NCBI GenBank assembly: GCA_964579295.1
Contig: CAZOGK010000008.1
Span: forward strand, 4,974-68,973
Direction: 5' to 3'
DNA: 64,000 nucleotides
From: an uncultured Ardenticatenaceae bacterium
GTDB taxonomy: Bacteria > Chloroflexota > Anaerolineae > Promineifilales > Promineifilaceae
Numbering within the stretch: position 1 is the first letter of the stretch; every line of letters begins with the position of its first letter. The translations under genes were made by a program, and so were the position numbers. The notes beneath the pieces were generated by a model. The model saw only the letters and a list, made by a program, of their open reading frames with translations, made no database searches and was not told the origin of the DNA. This document shows, in pieces, positions 55,367 to 64,000 of the stretch.

Positions 55367-56268
55367 TACGCGCTGCCTCCCAGAGCATGCAGGGTTGGCT
55401 CCAGCCCCAGCCGCTGCAGCCACCGGCCCATCTCGGCGTCGTCGAGCGGGCGCTGCTGGCCGGCGACCGCCGTAATACCCGCCTCCAGCAGGTTGGTGCC
55501 AAAGGTGCGGCCGGCGAACTGCGGCGTCGTCGTGAGGACGTAATGCACGCCGCGCTCGCCAAAGGCGGCCAGGTCGGCGCTCGTCGTCGTGTTGGTCACA
55601 ATGATTTTGCCGCGCAGGTCATCCGGCATGTGGCGGCGGATATAGTGCAGGTCGCCGGCAATGATATCCGCCCAGCGATACCAGCGCTGGAAGCGGGGGC
55701 GAATCTCCTCCTGGCGGCTGCCGGTCGGATAGAGCAGGGCAAAGGGCATACGCCCCAGGACCGGGAGCAAGAGCCGGGCCATAGCGTGCAGGCTGCCGAG
55801 CCGGCGCAACGGGATAGGCAGCCCCAGGCCGAACATGAGGTCGGCGCAGATAACGTCGTGCCCGGCGTCGAAGAAGCCGCGCGCCATGCCGTAGCGGTCG
55901 ACGGCAGCCGTCACCAGGACCCGCGCCGGCCCCACCTGCAGGCAGCGGGCCAGCGTCGCCGCGCACTGGTATTCCAGGCTGTTCTTCAAGCCGCTGCCGT
56001 CGACAACCGGCGTCTGGGTCACGCCTGCGACCAGGCGGTGGGCGCTATGCAGCGGCGAGCGCCGCCCGTTTACGGTGAGCCACAGGTCTATGCCGCCAAC
56101 GCCGAGCGCGTCTACCTGGCCGTCGAGGGCGCGAAAGAGGGCGGCGGCCCGGCCCGCGTCGCCGTCTGTGCCCCGGCGCTCCAGGCTGACGGCAACGCCG
56201 CCCAGCTCGGCCTCGACGCGCTTATCACGCGTGGAGCTGCCGAGACTGACGCTGACTGCCTGCTTCAT
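55366..56268 (-). CDS. Conserved protein of unknown function
   Basis: Motifs SLGSSTRDKRVE..ERRGTDGD..LDGQVDALGVGGIDL and TTTPQFAGRTFGTNLLEA. From memory, similar proteins are sometimes auto-annotated as quinate 5-dehydrogenase. I cannot support a function. Confidence 0.35.
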   Translation of the reverse strand: MKQAVSVSLGSSTRDKRVEAELGGVAVSLERRGTDGDAGRAAALFRALDGQVDALGVGGIDLWLTVNGRRSPLHSAHRLVAGVTQTPVVDGSGLKNSLEYQCAATLARCLQVGPARVLVTAAVDRYGMARGFFDAGHDVICADLMFGLGLPIPLRRLGSLHAMARLLLPVLGRMPFALLYPTGSRQEEIRPRFQRWYRWADIIAGDLHYIRRHMPDDLRGKIIVTNTTTSADLAAFGERGVHYVLTTTPQFAGRTFGTNLLEAGITAVAGQQRPLDDAEMGRWLQRLGLEPTLHALGGSA

Positions 56269-58520
56269 GGCTCATTTGACATGATGGGCAGGTGGAGCGA
56301 ATAGCCGGTCTCTTCGGCGAGGATCGGCGTATGTACCGGCGTTCCACTGCGCGCCTCCACCTGGTCGCTGCTCACCATGTATATCTCGTTGACGACCTCG
56401 CCAATAGCATCGGGCGCCACGTCCACGACGAAAGTGACTTCCCAGCTTTCGCCCACCGGCAATGAGGCCCGCGTCCAGGTTAGCGTGTCGCCATCCTGCA
56501 TATACGGCTCCGTGGCGGACACAAGCGTGACGTTGGCCGGCAGCGTGTCCGTGAGGACGAGCCCGGTGGCAGGCGCAGAGGCATGCGCATCGTTGACGCT
56601 GATCGTGTAGGTAAGCGGCTCGCCGGCAGAGACTTCGGCGGGTTCGGCAACCTTGTCGATGAACAGCTCGTGCGTGTTGCTGATGATCGGTGTCTGCACC
56701 GGCGTTCCACTGCGCGCCTCCACCTGGTCGCTGCTCACCATGTATATCTCGTTGACGACCTCGCCAATAGCATCGGGCGCCACGTCCACGACGAAAGTGA
56801 CTTCCCAGCTTTCGCCCACCGGCAATGAGGCCCGCGTCCAGGTTAGCGTGTCGCCATCCTGCATATACGGCTCCGTGGCGGACACAAGCGTGACGTTGGC
56901 CGGCAGCGTCTCGGTCAGGACCAGCCCGGTAGCCGGGTCGAGCGGCTGCGGGTCGCTGACGCTGATGGTGTAGGTGAGCTGCTCGCCCGCATTGACGGCG
57001 GCGGGTTCGGCCACCTTGTCGATGAAGAGCTCGTGGCTGTCTTCAAGCATCCGCAGCGCATCGATGCGCCCGTAGCCGTAGACGTGATTAGGTACGGCCG
57101 CCGGTTCGAGGCCGCCGCAACCAGCGGAGCTGGTCAGGGGGACCGCCGTTTCTCGTATGAGCGTCTCAATGGCCTCCACGTCCCCGTCCAGATCGGGACG
57201 GGCCTGTAGCAGCAAAGCGACCAGGCCCGCGACGTGCGGGGTCGCCATGCTGGTGCCGCTCTTGCTGGTGTAGCTGGTGCCCAGACCGCTGGAGCGCACA
57301 CCGGAGCCCGGCGCCGTGACGTCTGGCTTGAGGCGGTTGCTGCCGTCGATCAGGACGGGGCCGCGGCTGCTGAAGCTGGCAATGACATCGGAATTGGTGG
57401 TTGCGCCGATGGTGAACGAATCATCGTAGATAGCGGGCGGCGTGTTGATGGTGCTGCAGCCCGGCCCGCTGTTGCCCGCGGCCGCGACGACGACGATGCC
57501 CGCCTGACGCACATTGGCGACCACCGTCTGTAGCGCCTGGGGAGTGACACAGCCTTCATCTGGCGGGCAGGACCACGAGTTTCCGATGGCGGCGGGGGCC
57601 AGCGCCGGCTGGGGATTGTCTCCCTCAAGGTCAGTCGGGGCAATGAACCACTGGAAACACTCGCTGTAGGTAGCCGGCGTGCCAACGCCCTGCTCCATGT
57701 TGCGGCAGCCAATCCAGCGCGCGCCCGGCGCTACGCCAATCTGATTGACGCCGCCGTCGTCGCCCAGGATGGTGCCCATTGTGTGCGTTCCGTGGCTGTT
57801 ATCATCGCAGGGTACCTGCGAATCAAAGCCGCAGGGATTTGTCCCATTGCCGCTCAGGTCAAAGTGGACGGCATCATACCAGTTGTAGTCATGGTTGGCC
57901 TGCGCGCCGTTCCAGCCGCGATATTGGTTGATCAGCGCCGGGTGGTTCCAGACATAACCGGTGTCCTGCCCCCCGACGACAACACCGGAGCCGTCGATAC
58001 CCGCCGCCCAGGCAGCCGGCGCCTGAATAACGCTGATGTTCGGCTCGACGGCGGTCGCGCTCATCGGCGCCTCTTCCGACTCCGGCAGGGCCATCTGCAC
58101 CCGCGGATTGGCATAGAGGTGAGCGACGTCGCCGCGCTGCGCCAGCAGCTCCACCGCTGCGGCGTCGCCGCGCACCCAGATCATGTTGGCGACCCAGTAG
58201 GGGCGGTAGTCCACGCCCAGGCGCTCCAGCTCCGCCAGCACGGCGGGCTGGGTGCGCTCGGCCACGGCCCGTAGCTCCTGCATCACGTAGGCGCCGCGAG
58301 CCGCCCTATCGCCGAAGGCCGCGGCGGCCGAGAGATCGGCTTGCTCCGACAGGAAGACCAGGAACTCGGCCTCCCCTGTTTCCGCGACTCTCTCCAGGAC
58401 CCAACCGTCTACCGCCGCGTGCCACGCCGGCGCGGAGAGAGCCGGAAAGGCGCTCCAGATGATGGTCAGTAGCAAGAGCGGCAGAGCCGCGAGGGCAGCG
58501 AAGCGATTCCAGAAGCGCAC
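56265..58520 (-). CDS. Secreted S8 (subtilisin-family) serine protease with duplicated C-terminal repeat domains
   Basis: GTG start and a signal peptide. The catalytic triad contexts are GGQDTGY, DNSHGTHTMGT and GTSMATPHVAG. Two 121-aa C-terminal repeats are present (HELFIDKVAEPA...). Confidence 0.9.
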   Translation of the reverse strand: MRFWNRFAALAALPLLLLTIIWSAFPALSAPAWHAAVDGWVLERVAETGEAEFLVFLSEQADLSAAAAFGDRAARGAYVMQELRAVAERTQPAVLAELERLGVDYRPYWVANMIWVRGDAAAVELLAQRGDVAHLYANPRVQMALPESEEAPMSATAVEPNISVIQAPAAWAAGIDGSGVVVGGQDTGYVWNHPALINQYRGWNGAQANHDYNWYDAVHFDLSGNGTNPCGFDSQVPCDDNSHGTHTMGTILGDDGGVNQIGVAPGARWIGCRNMEQGVGTPATYSECFQWFIAPTDLEGDNPQPALAPAAIGNSWSCPPDEGCVTPQALQTVVANVRQAGIVVVAAAGNSGPGCSTINTPPAIYDDSFTIGATTNSDVIASFSSRGPVLIDGSNRLKPDVTAPGSGVRSSGLGTSYTSKSGTSMATPHVAGLVALLLQARPDLDGDVEAIETLIRETAVPLTSSAGCGGLEPAAVPNHVYGYGRIDALRMLEDSHELFIDKVAEPAAVNAGEQLTYTISVSDPQPLDPATGLVLTETLPANVTLVSATEPYMQDGDTLTWTRASLPVGESWEVTFVVDVAPDAIGEVVNEIYMVSSDQVEARSGTPVQTPIISNTHELFIDKVAEPAEVSAGEPLTYTISVNDAHASAPATGLVLTDTLPANVTLVSATEPYMQDGDTLTWTRASLPVGESWEVTFVVDVAPDAIGEVVNEIYMVSSDQVEARSGTPVHTPILAEETGYSLHLPIMSNEP
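56335..57060. repeat. Tandem 363-nt duplication inside the S8 protease gene
   Basis: 56335-56546 is identical over 212 nt to 56698-56909. The remaining ~150 nt of each unit is clearly diverged. Confidence 0.9.
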
Positions 58521-58543
58521 GATTCTTTTCTCTCCTTTGTCAG

Positions 58544-59398
58544 TTACAGGCCCCAGTCACGCAGATAGCGGAAGTCGTGACCGATACTGCGCGCGCTAAT
58601 TTTGGGGATGATCGTCATGGTTCGTTTGAACTGCGAGCGCTGCACCATGCGCAGCACCGTATCGACAAAGCTCTCCGCAAAACCGGCGGCAATCGCCTCC
58701 CGGCGTGAATAGCGCTCGTCCACGAGCAAGTAAAGGAGCCGGTCCACCCGGTCATAGGTGAAGCCGAAATCCCCCTCGTCAGTTTGGCCGGGAATGAGAT
58801 CGGCGCTGGGCGGCTTGTCGATAATGACCTGGGGCACGCCGACCCGCACTGCGAGCTGGCGCAGCTGCGTCTTGTAGAGGTCGCCCAGCGGATTGACCGC
58901 CGAAGCCAGGTCGCCAAAGAGGGTGCCGTAGCCGAGCAGTAACTCCGTCTTGTTGCTGGTGCCCACGACCAGAGCATCCCAGGCCGCCGACCGATCGTAG
59001 AGGACGATCATGCGCGCCCGCGCCATCACATTGCCCATGCGGTTGGGGCTGATGTCCGGCGTCACGGCGAACAGCGGCTCGACAAGCGGCGTGATATCCA
59101 CCGTCTCACTCTGCACGCCGAGGTCGTCAATCACCAGCTGGGCGTGTTCCAGGCTTGCCGGCGACGAAGCCGCGTACGGCAGGCGCATGGCCAGCACATT
59201 CTCCGCGCCCAAAGCGGCTGCCGCCAGGTAGCAGGAGACGGCCGAATCGACGCCGCCCGACAGGCCGAGCACGGCCCGCTGAAAGCCGGCTTTGGTCAGC
59301 TCGTTGTGGATGAACTGGGTCAGGAGATGGTAGACGACATCGCCTTCAATCTGCAGCTTCTCGGCAGCGCGCTGCATCCCTCCGTTGGCATGTGCCAT
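58544..59398 (-). CDS. nadE: Ammonia-dependent NAD+ synthetase
   Basis: PP-loop GLSGGVDSAV. 284 aa with no glutaminase domain. Confidence 0.9.
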   Translation of the reverse strand: MAHANGGMQRAAEKLQIEGDVVYHLLTQFIHNELTKAGFQRAVLGLSGGVDSAVSCYLAAAALGAENVLAMRLPYAASSPASLEHAQLVIDDLGVQSETVDITPLVEPLFAVTPDISPNRMGNVMARARMIVLYDRSAAWDALVVGTSNKTELLLGYGTLFGDLASAVNPLGDLYKTQLRQLAVRVGVPQVIIDKPPSADLIPGQTDEGDFGFTYDRVDRLLYLLVDERYSRREAIAAGFAESFVDTVLRMVQRSQFKRTMTIIPKISARSIGHDFRYLRDWGL

Positions 59399-59512
59399 GG
59401 TTGTCTCTTCCCTTCAGACTGGTCGGGCGGCCCTGGTCGCCGCCGGCTTGAATTGTAGCTTTGGCCGCAGCGGGCGGCAATATGGCTCCAGAGTCAGGCG
59501 ACTCTGGCCGAA

Positions 59513-61117
59513 TTAGGACTGCACCTCGACGATGACGCCGGCTTCCGCCCATTCGTAGAGCAGCGCCTGGTTCTCGTTGGCGACGAGAATGCAGCCGTAA
59601 GTGACCGGGCGGCCGATGCTGTTCGTCCACAGCAGATTATAGCCGTTGCGCGTGGGAAAGCCGTGGAAGCCGTTCATGAAGTCGCTGCTGGGCACGGGCC
59701 GGTAAATGCCAATAAACTGCGGCATCCACAAATCCCAGTTGGCCGCGTAGGCGTTTTCCTCGTGGCTCTGTACCTGGAAGACGCCGGGCGCGGTCGGGCT
59801 CGTCTCGATGCCGGTGCTGACCGGCCACTCCCACTTGAGCGCGCCGTTCTCATAAGCCCACATGCGCTGCTGGCTGAGGCTGACGACAATACGCTTCGAC
59901 TCGACCACCGGCAGCGGCAGCAGCACGTCTGGCGAGGGGATGGTAATCGTCTGGCCCACGCGCAGGGCGTCGTCCACGCCGGGGTTCGCCTGCTGTACCC
60001 AGGGGTAGGGGATGCCGTAGTCGCGGCCGATGCTGGAGAAGGTCTCACCGGGGCCGACGGTGTGGGCGCGCTCATGATGATAGAGACGCAGCCGCAGCGC
60101 CAGCGTCTCGCCGGCGATGGCCTGCTCGATAGCCGCGGCCGCCTCCTTCTCGCCCACGTAGCGGGCGTCGCCCAGGGCGGCCACCTGCTCGTTCAGGTAG
60201 GCCACGGCCGGCGCCGTGTTCACGTCCAGCCGGTAGCCGCTGGGGCGCGCCGCATCAGCCGCCAGCGCCAGCCAGCCGGCCCATACTTCCGGCGCGATCT
60301 CCGCTTCGCGCTGCTCATTGCGCACCGGGTCAAAGAGCGTCACCGCCAGCGGCCGCGACAGCAGCCTGTTCGCCTCGGCGACGAGCGCGCTGCTGTCGGC
60401 GATAGCCGGGGCTACTTCGGTCAGCGTCAGCGGCAGCCGTCCCTGCTGCACCACCTGCACGGCATTTTGCTGCAGCCAGGCCAGGGTCGCCGCCACGTCG
60501 AGCGCCTGACCGGGCAGGGCCGGCGTGGCGACCACGCGCCCGTTCTCCAGGGCAATGCCGGCATCGACCGGGGCCACGGCCAATTGCGGCGCCATGCTCT
60601 CGAGCGCCGCGCGGGCCATTTCCGGGTTGAACGCCCATACGGGCGGAAAGCCCTGCTCCGAACTGCGGTATTGCAGCGCCTGCGGCAGAGTCGCCAGGTC
60701 GCGCCCCTGCGCGTGGGCGCGGCTGGCCGTCGCTTCACTGTCCAGAATCAGTCCCAGCTCGGCCGGCGGCAGGGCGCGGCGCACGTCGCCGCCTTCGACG
60801 CTAATACTTCTCGCCTGCCAGCTCGACGCCAGCGCCGACGCCGCGCCCTGCTCGGTGCGGCCGCCCAGCGCCACGCCCAGCGTGTGCACGCCGGGAAAGA
60901 TGCGCGGGCTGCGGTAGGCGAGGAAGCCGGCGCCGGCAACCACGACGACCGCGCCCAGCAGCAGGAAGGCCAGGAGCAGCAGCGGCAGCCAGAGCGAGCG
61001 GCGCGGCTGCTGCACCGGCACGTATAGGTCCGGCGGCGCGGGCGGGGCCGGCCGATGGGCCGGGCGTCGCCCGTAGACGCGAGTAGGCTGTTCGGCAATC
61101 GGTGTGCGCTTACTCAT
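59513..61117 (-). CDS. L,D-transpeptidase (YkuD) with LysM domain and N-terminal membrane anchor
   Basis: TM segment LWLPLLLLAFLLLGAVVVVAG, LysM motif HTVGPGETFSSIGRDYGI, and YkuD core FHGFP...GCILVANE. Confidence 0.8.
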   Translation of the reverse strand: MSKRTPIAEQPTRVYGRRPAHRPAPPAPPDLYVPVQQPRRSLWLPLLLLAFLLLGAVVVVAGAGFLAYRSPRIFPGVHTLGVALGGRTEQGAASALASSWQARSISVEGGDVRRALPPAELGLILDSEATASRAHAQGRDLATLPQALQYRSSEQGFPPVWAFNPEMARAALESMAPQLAVAPVDAGIALENGRVVATPALPGQALDVAATLAWLQQNAVQVVQQGRLPLTLTEVAPAIADSSALVAEANRLLSRPLAVTLFDPVRNEQREAEIAPEVWAGWLALAADAARPSGYRLDVNTAPAVAYLNEQVAALGDARYVGEKEAAAAIEQAIAGETLALRLRLYHHERAHTVGPGETFSSIGRDYGIPYPWVQQANPGVDDALRVGQTITIPSPDVLLPLPVVESKRIVVSLSQQRMWAYENGALKWEWPVSTGIETSPTAPGVFQVQSHEENAYAANWDLWMPQFIGIYRPVPSSDFMNGFHGFPTRNGYNLLWTNSIGRPVTYGCILVANENQALLYEWAEAGVIVEVQS

Positions 61118-61161
61118 TTATTCCACCATACGGGATAATCCGCTCTCGGCTCCCGAAACAT

Positions 61162-61170
61162 AGTATAGCA
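61162..61170 (-). promoter_or_regulatory. Extended -10 element upstream of the L,D-transpeptidase gene
   Basis: Minus strand reads TGcTATACT, about 45 nt upstream of ATG 61117. No good -35. Confidence 0.35.
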
Positions 61171-61284
61171 GATAGGTTGCGCAATGGAGCCAACGCCAAG
61201 CATCAGTTCAGCCGCCGCTTGCCCTACGGCGTGGCACCCCGGCCTGTTTTGTTATCTGTCTGGGAGACGGTGCGCGGCGCCGGC

Positions 61285-63108
61285 TCAGCGCCAGCGCAGC
61301 GAGAAGGGGAGCAGCAATAACGCCTCCTGCTGCAACCGCCGCAGCGCCGCCGCCAGCTCGGCCACCTGTCCGCCTGGGCGCGCCGGCAGCGGCAGACGGA
61401 ATCCGCCGCGGCCGTGGTGCAGGTTTGCCACTGGAACGCGCTGGTACGGGCCGGCCTGCAGCTCGGCCAGCTCCGCCGCTTTCGCCACCGCGTCGGCCAT
61501 GTCGCCAAAGCTATCGACCAGCCGGTATTGCGCCGCCTGCCGCCCCGTCCACACGCGCCCGCCCGCGACCGGCTCCAGCTCTTCCCGGCTGAGCCCCCGC
61601 CCCGCGGCGACCACGTCCAGAAACTGGCCGTAGACTTGCTCGATGCGCTGCCAGAGCAGCCCTCGCTCCTCGGGCGCCAGCAGCCCGGCATCGCTATGGA
61701 GATGGGCATGCTCGCCGCGCTGCAGCACAGTGCGGTTGATGCGCAGCCGCTCGTACAGCCCATCGGTGTTAAGGCGGGCGGACACGACCCCGATGGAGCC
61801 CGTGACAGTCGTCGGCTGGCACATGATGTGCGCGGCGCCGGCGCTGACATAGTAGCCGCCCGACGCTGCCACGTTGCCCATGTAGGCCAGCACCGGCTTC
61901 TTGCGGGCCAGGCGCTGCACCTGGCGCCAGATCAGGTCGGAAGCCAGCGCCGACCCACCCCCTGAATCGACGTGAAAGACGACGGCCGCCACGCGCTTGC
62001 TGCGCTCCGCCCGGCGCAGCAAGCGAGTAATCGTCTCGTGCCCGGCCAGCACGCCGCCGACAAACGGGATCGGTACGTCCACCGGCGGCTGTTGGCTCTC
62101 ACCGGTAACAATCATGCCTTCGAGGCTGACGACGGCGACGTAGCGCGGCAGCGGCAGCCACACGCGCTCGGTCAGCAGCGGCGCCGCGCGCTTCCAGCCG
62201 AGGAGCCGCGCCTTGGGCCGCTCTGGCTCGCCACCCGGCTCGTCCTGCGGAATGCCTTCATCGCCTTCATCCACATGGGTCGGGGCCGTCTCTGTGGCTG
62301 GTTTATCCGCCAGCAAATAAGGCAGTTCGTCCTCGTAGGCCAGCGCGTCGACCAGCCCGGCCGTCAGCGCCTCGGCGGGGGTCAGCGGCGCGCGGTCAAT
62401 CAGCTCCCGCACCGCCTCCTGGCTCAACCCGCGATTTTCGGCGATGGCGGCTGTCAACAGGTCGTAGTTGTCGTCCAGCAGCCATTCAAGCTGTTGGCGC
62501 TGCTCCGGCGTTATCTCCGCCTTGTCGAGCATATTGGCGGCCGTCTTGTAGGGCGAAATCTGTAGGACATCGGCCTGCACGCCAATCACATCCAGCGCTT
62601 CCTTCAGAAAAAGCGCTTCCACGCGCAGCCCCAGCAGGTCGAACTCGGCGCTGGGCGGGATGACGATGCGGTCGCCGGCAGCCGCCACAAAGTAGTGAGC
62701 CAGGTCGAGGTAGGGGGTGAAGACAATGGCCTCTTTGCCGGCGGCGCGCAGCCGCTGCAGCGAGCGGCGCAGGTTCTGCAGGGTCGCCAGGCCGGCCGGG
62801 CTATAGTCGCCCAGCAGGAAGACAACGCCGCGCACATTATCGGCTTCGCCAATGGCGCGCAGCCGGGCGTTCAGCGCCTGCAGGCTGAGCGGCTCCGGCG
62901 GCAGCAGCCGGCGCTGCAGGAAGCCGCGCGGCGGTCCCGCCCGCTCTGGCAGGGGTCCAGAGATGGGCAGAACTACGTAGTCCAGCCGCTGCCTCCGGGC
63001 GCGCCGCAGCCCGTTGCGCAGGCCGACCACGCCCCTGGCCCACCACAGCCGGGCATCCCGCACCAATGCGTCAAGTTCACGGTCTAACGCCTGCCAGTAT
63101 GTTGCCAT
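61285..63108 (-). CDS. sppA: Signal peptide peptidase SppA, 67K type (two S49 domains)
   Basis: GAGGT RBS precedes ATG 63108. It has a duplicated ClpP/S49 fold, with the second domain carrying YMGNVAASGGYYV. The track extension to 63189 is rejected. Confidence 0.8.
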   Translation of the reverse strand: MATYWQALDRELDALVRDARLWWARGVVGLRNGLRRARRQRLDYVVLPISGPLPERAGPPRGFLQRRLLPPEPLSLQALNARLRAIGEADNVRGVVFLLGDYSPAGLATLQNLRRSLQRLRAAGKEAIVFTPYLDLAHYFVAAAGDRIVIPPSAEFDLLGLRVEALFLKEALDVIGVQADVLQISPYKTAANMLDKAEITPEQRQQLEWLLDDNYDLLTAAIAENRGLSQEAVRELIDRAPLTPAEALTAGLVDALAYEDELPYLLADKPATETAPTHVDEGDEGIPQDEPGGEPERPKARLLGWKRAAPLLTERVWLPLPRYVAVVSLEGMIVTGESQQPPVDVPIPFVGGVLAGHETITRLLRRAERSKRVAAVVFHVDSGGGSALASDLIWRQVQRLARKKPVLAYMGNVAASGGYYVSAGAAHIMCQPTTVTGSIGVVSARLNTDGLYERLRINRTVLQRGEHAHLHSDAGLLAPEERGLLWQRIEQVYGQFLDVVAAGRGLSREELEPVAGGRVWTGRQAAQYRLVDSFGDMADAVAKAAELAELQAGPYQRVPVANLHHGRGGFRLPLPARPGGQVAELAAALRRLQQEALLLLPFSLRWR

Positions 63109-63279
63109 ATGAATACCTCGGCGTGTAATGATAGGGGCCATTGCCCGCCCAGGCAACGCGCGGGTCAGGCATGCCGGAACAACGTCCATTCGCTTCCTGC
63201 CAACGCCTGGCCGGCATGCTTTCCCCCTACAGTCCGCCGCGCCCCCTGTAACCTGTACCTTGTACCCTGCACCCTGCCA

Positions 63280-63309
63280 TTCGCCATTCGCCCCCTCCCT
63301 CGTTATAAT
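63280..63309 (+). promoter_or_regulatory. Candidate promoter of the TPP-riboswitch transcript
   Basis: Perfect TATAAT at 63304-63309. The -35 is weak (TTCGCC, 18-nt spacer). Confidence 0.4.
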
Positions 63310-63332
63310 GGAACCAACAAACCTACCTTATG

Positions 63333-63424
63333 CGCACAGGGAGCCGGGGTTAGCCCGGCTGAGAGGGTGGCCGTCTGCCGCCGACCTGCGAACCTGATCC
63401 GGGTAATGCCGGCGTAGGGATGTG
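63333..63424 (+). promoter_or_regulatory. TPP (THI-box) riboswitch
   Basis: GGGGUUAGCCCGGCUGAGAGGG...ACCUGCGAACCUGAUCCGGGUAAUGCCGGCGUAGGGA matches the conserved CUGAGA and ACCUGAUC..GGUAAUGCC.GCGUAGGGA cores. Confidence 0.9.
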
Positions 63425-63438
63425 AGAACATGCTTACG

Positions 63439-63462
63439 AAGCTACCCACAGGTAGCTTTTTT
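63439..63462 (+). terminator. Riboswitch expression-platform terminator
   Basis: AAGCTACC stem, caca loop, GGTAGCTT stem, running into T6. Confidence 0.75.
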
Positions 63463-63497
63463 GTTGGCCCGCGCCGGAGCCGTGATGACGAAAGGAG

Positions 63498-64000
63498 ATG
63501 GCTGTGACGGTGTTCGTCCTCGCCAATGGCGACCTGGAATCGCTCGAATGGGCCCGCTCGCTGCTGGCCGGAGCCAGCGCGATTATCGGCGCCGATGGCG
63601 GCGCCGCGCACGTGCTTGCCGCCGGCTTCTGGCCGGATGTCGTCGTTGGCGACATGGATTCACTCGCCACCGCCGACCGCGGCCGGCTGGACGACCGCGG
63701 CGTCGCCCTGCTGCAGTACCCGGAGGCCAAAGACGAGACCGACCTGGAGCTGGCGCTGCTGCATTCCGTCGCCGCCTACGAGCGGCCGGTGCGCGTGCTC
63801 GCCGGTCTGGGCGGCCGTCTGGACCAGTGGCTTGCCAATATTCTGCTGCTGCTGCACCCGGCACTGCGCGGGCGAGACATCCGATTCCTCTCGCCCTACC
63901 AGCAGCTCTGGGTGGTGCAGGGCCGCACGGAGATTCGAGGCGCGCCCGGCGATAAAGTGTCGCTCATCCCCCTCGGCGGCGATGTTCAGGTACTGGAGAC
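63498..64000 (+). CDS. thiN: Thiamine pyrophosphokinase, 3' partial
   Basis: This frame is open to the window end, so it is absent from the ORF track. Motifs are VFVLANG, GADGGA, VVGDMDS, KDETDLELAL and GGRLDQ. AAAGGAG RBS; the start is ATG 63498 or, with better spacing, GTG 63504. Confidence 0.8.
   Translation, partial: MAVTVFVLANGDLESLEWARSLLAGASAIIGADGGAAHVLAAGFWPDVVVGDMDSLATADRGRLDDRGVALLQYPEAKDETDLELALLHSVAAYERPVRVLAGLGGRLDQWLANILLLLHPALRGRDIRFLSPYQQLWVVQGRTEIRGAPGDKVSLIPLGGDVQVLE

Noticed and set aside
63190-63300. C-rich, G-poor stretch with short direct repeats (CCTGTA/CCTTGTA/CCCTGCA, CATTCGC x2) between sppA and the riboswitch.
   Set aside because: The repeats are very short and imperfect. 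The region is a divergent promoter spacer and I cannot support a specific element.
1-64000. Scanned gaps and both strands for tRNA (T-loop GGTTCGAAT-type), rRNA, CRISPR repeats, transposase or integrase genes and defence-system hallmarks.
   Set aside because: None were seen. All gaps over 150 nt are explained by leaders, promoters or terminators, or are listed as findings.

Overview
High-GC (about two-thirds G+C by eye) bacterial chromosomal segment, about 90% coding, with about 60 protein genes. I found no rRNA, tRNA, CRISPR array, transposase or integrase. Long ORFs antisense to real genes are common and are treated as GC artefacts. The backbone is housekeeping: rpsA and rpsU, the conserved rpsB-tsf-pyrH-frr-uppS-cdsA block, fbp, rho, rlmN, nadE, sppA, mgtE and cobB. 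There are many envelope genes: two M23 peptidases, an L,D-transpeptidase, a VanY-type M15 peptidase, a sortase, two GT39-like glycosyltransferases plus YfhO, and a secreted S8 protease. This gene content suggests a Chloroflexota-like or other monoderm-type lineage, but that is low-confidence inference. Clear RNA and regulatory elements are a TPP riboswitch with its own terminator upstream of a thiamine pyrophosphokinase gene at the 3' edge, several intrinsic terminators, and near-consensus promoters that often carry an extended -10 (TGcTATACT). Best novelty candidates: (1) a tightly coupled minus-strand operon of a HAD hydrolase, three paralogous double-GNAT proteins and a C45 Ntn acyltransferase/peptidase (10645-15572). 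(2) Upstream of it, an orphan promoter, a 36-codon sORF and two tandem terminators with an antiterminator pairing, which looks like a translation-coupled attenuator (15641-15969). (3) A degenerate phosphoglycerate-dehydrogenase-like domain fused to a ParB/sulfiredoxin-like domain, coupled to a PLP serine/threonine dehydratase, a GNAT and a stand-alone receiver (16091-20124). (4) An S8 protease, unknown protein, nucleotidyltransferase, multi-GAF histidine kinase and AlaX array with overlapping stop/start codons (50677-58520). All functional calls come from motif recognition by eye. No database search was run.
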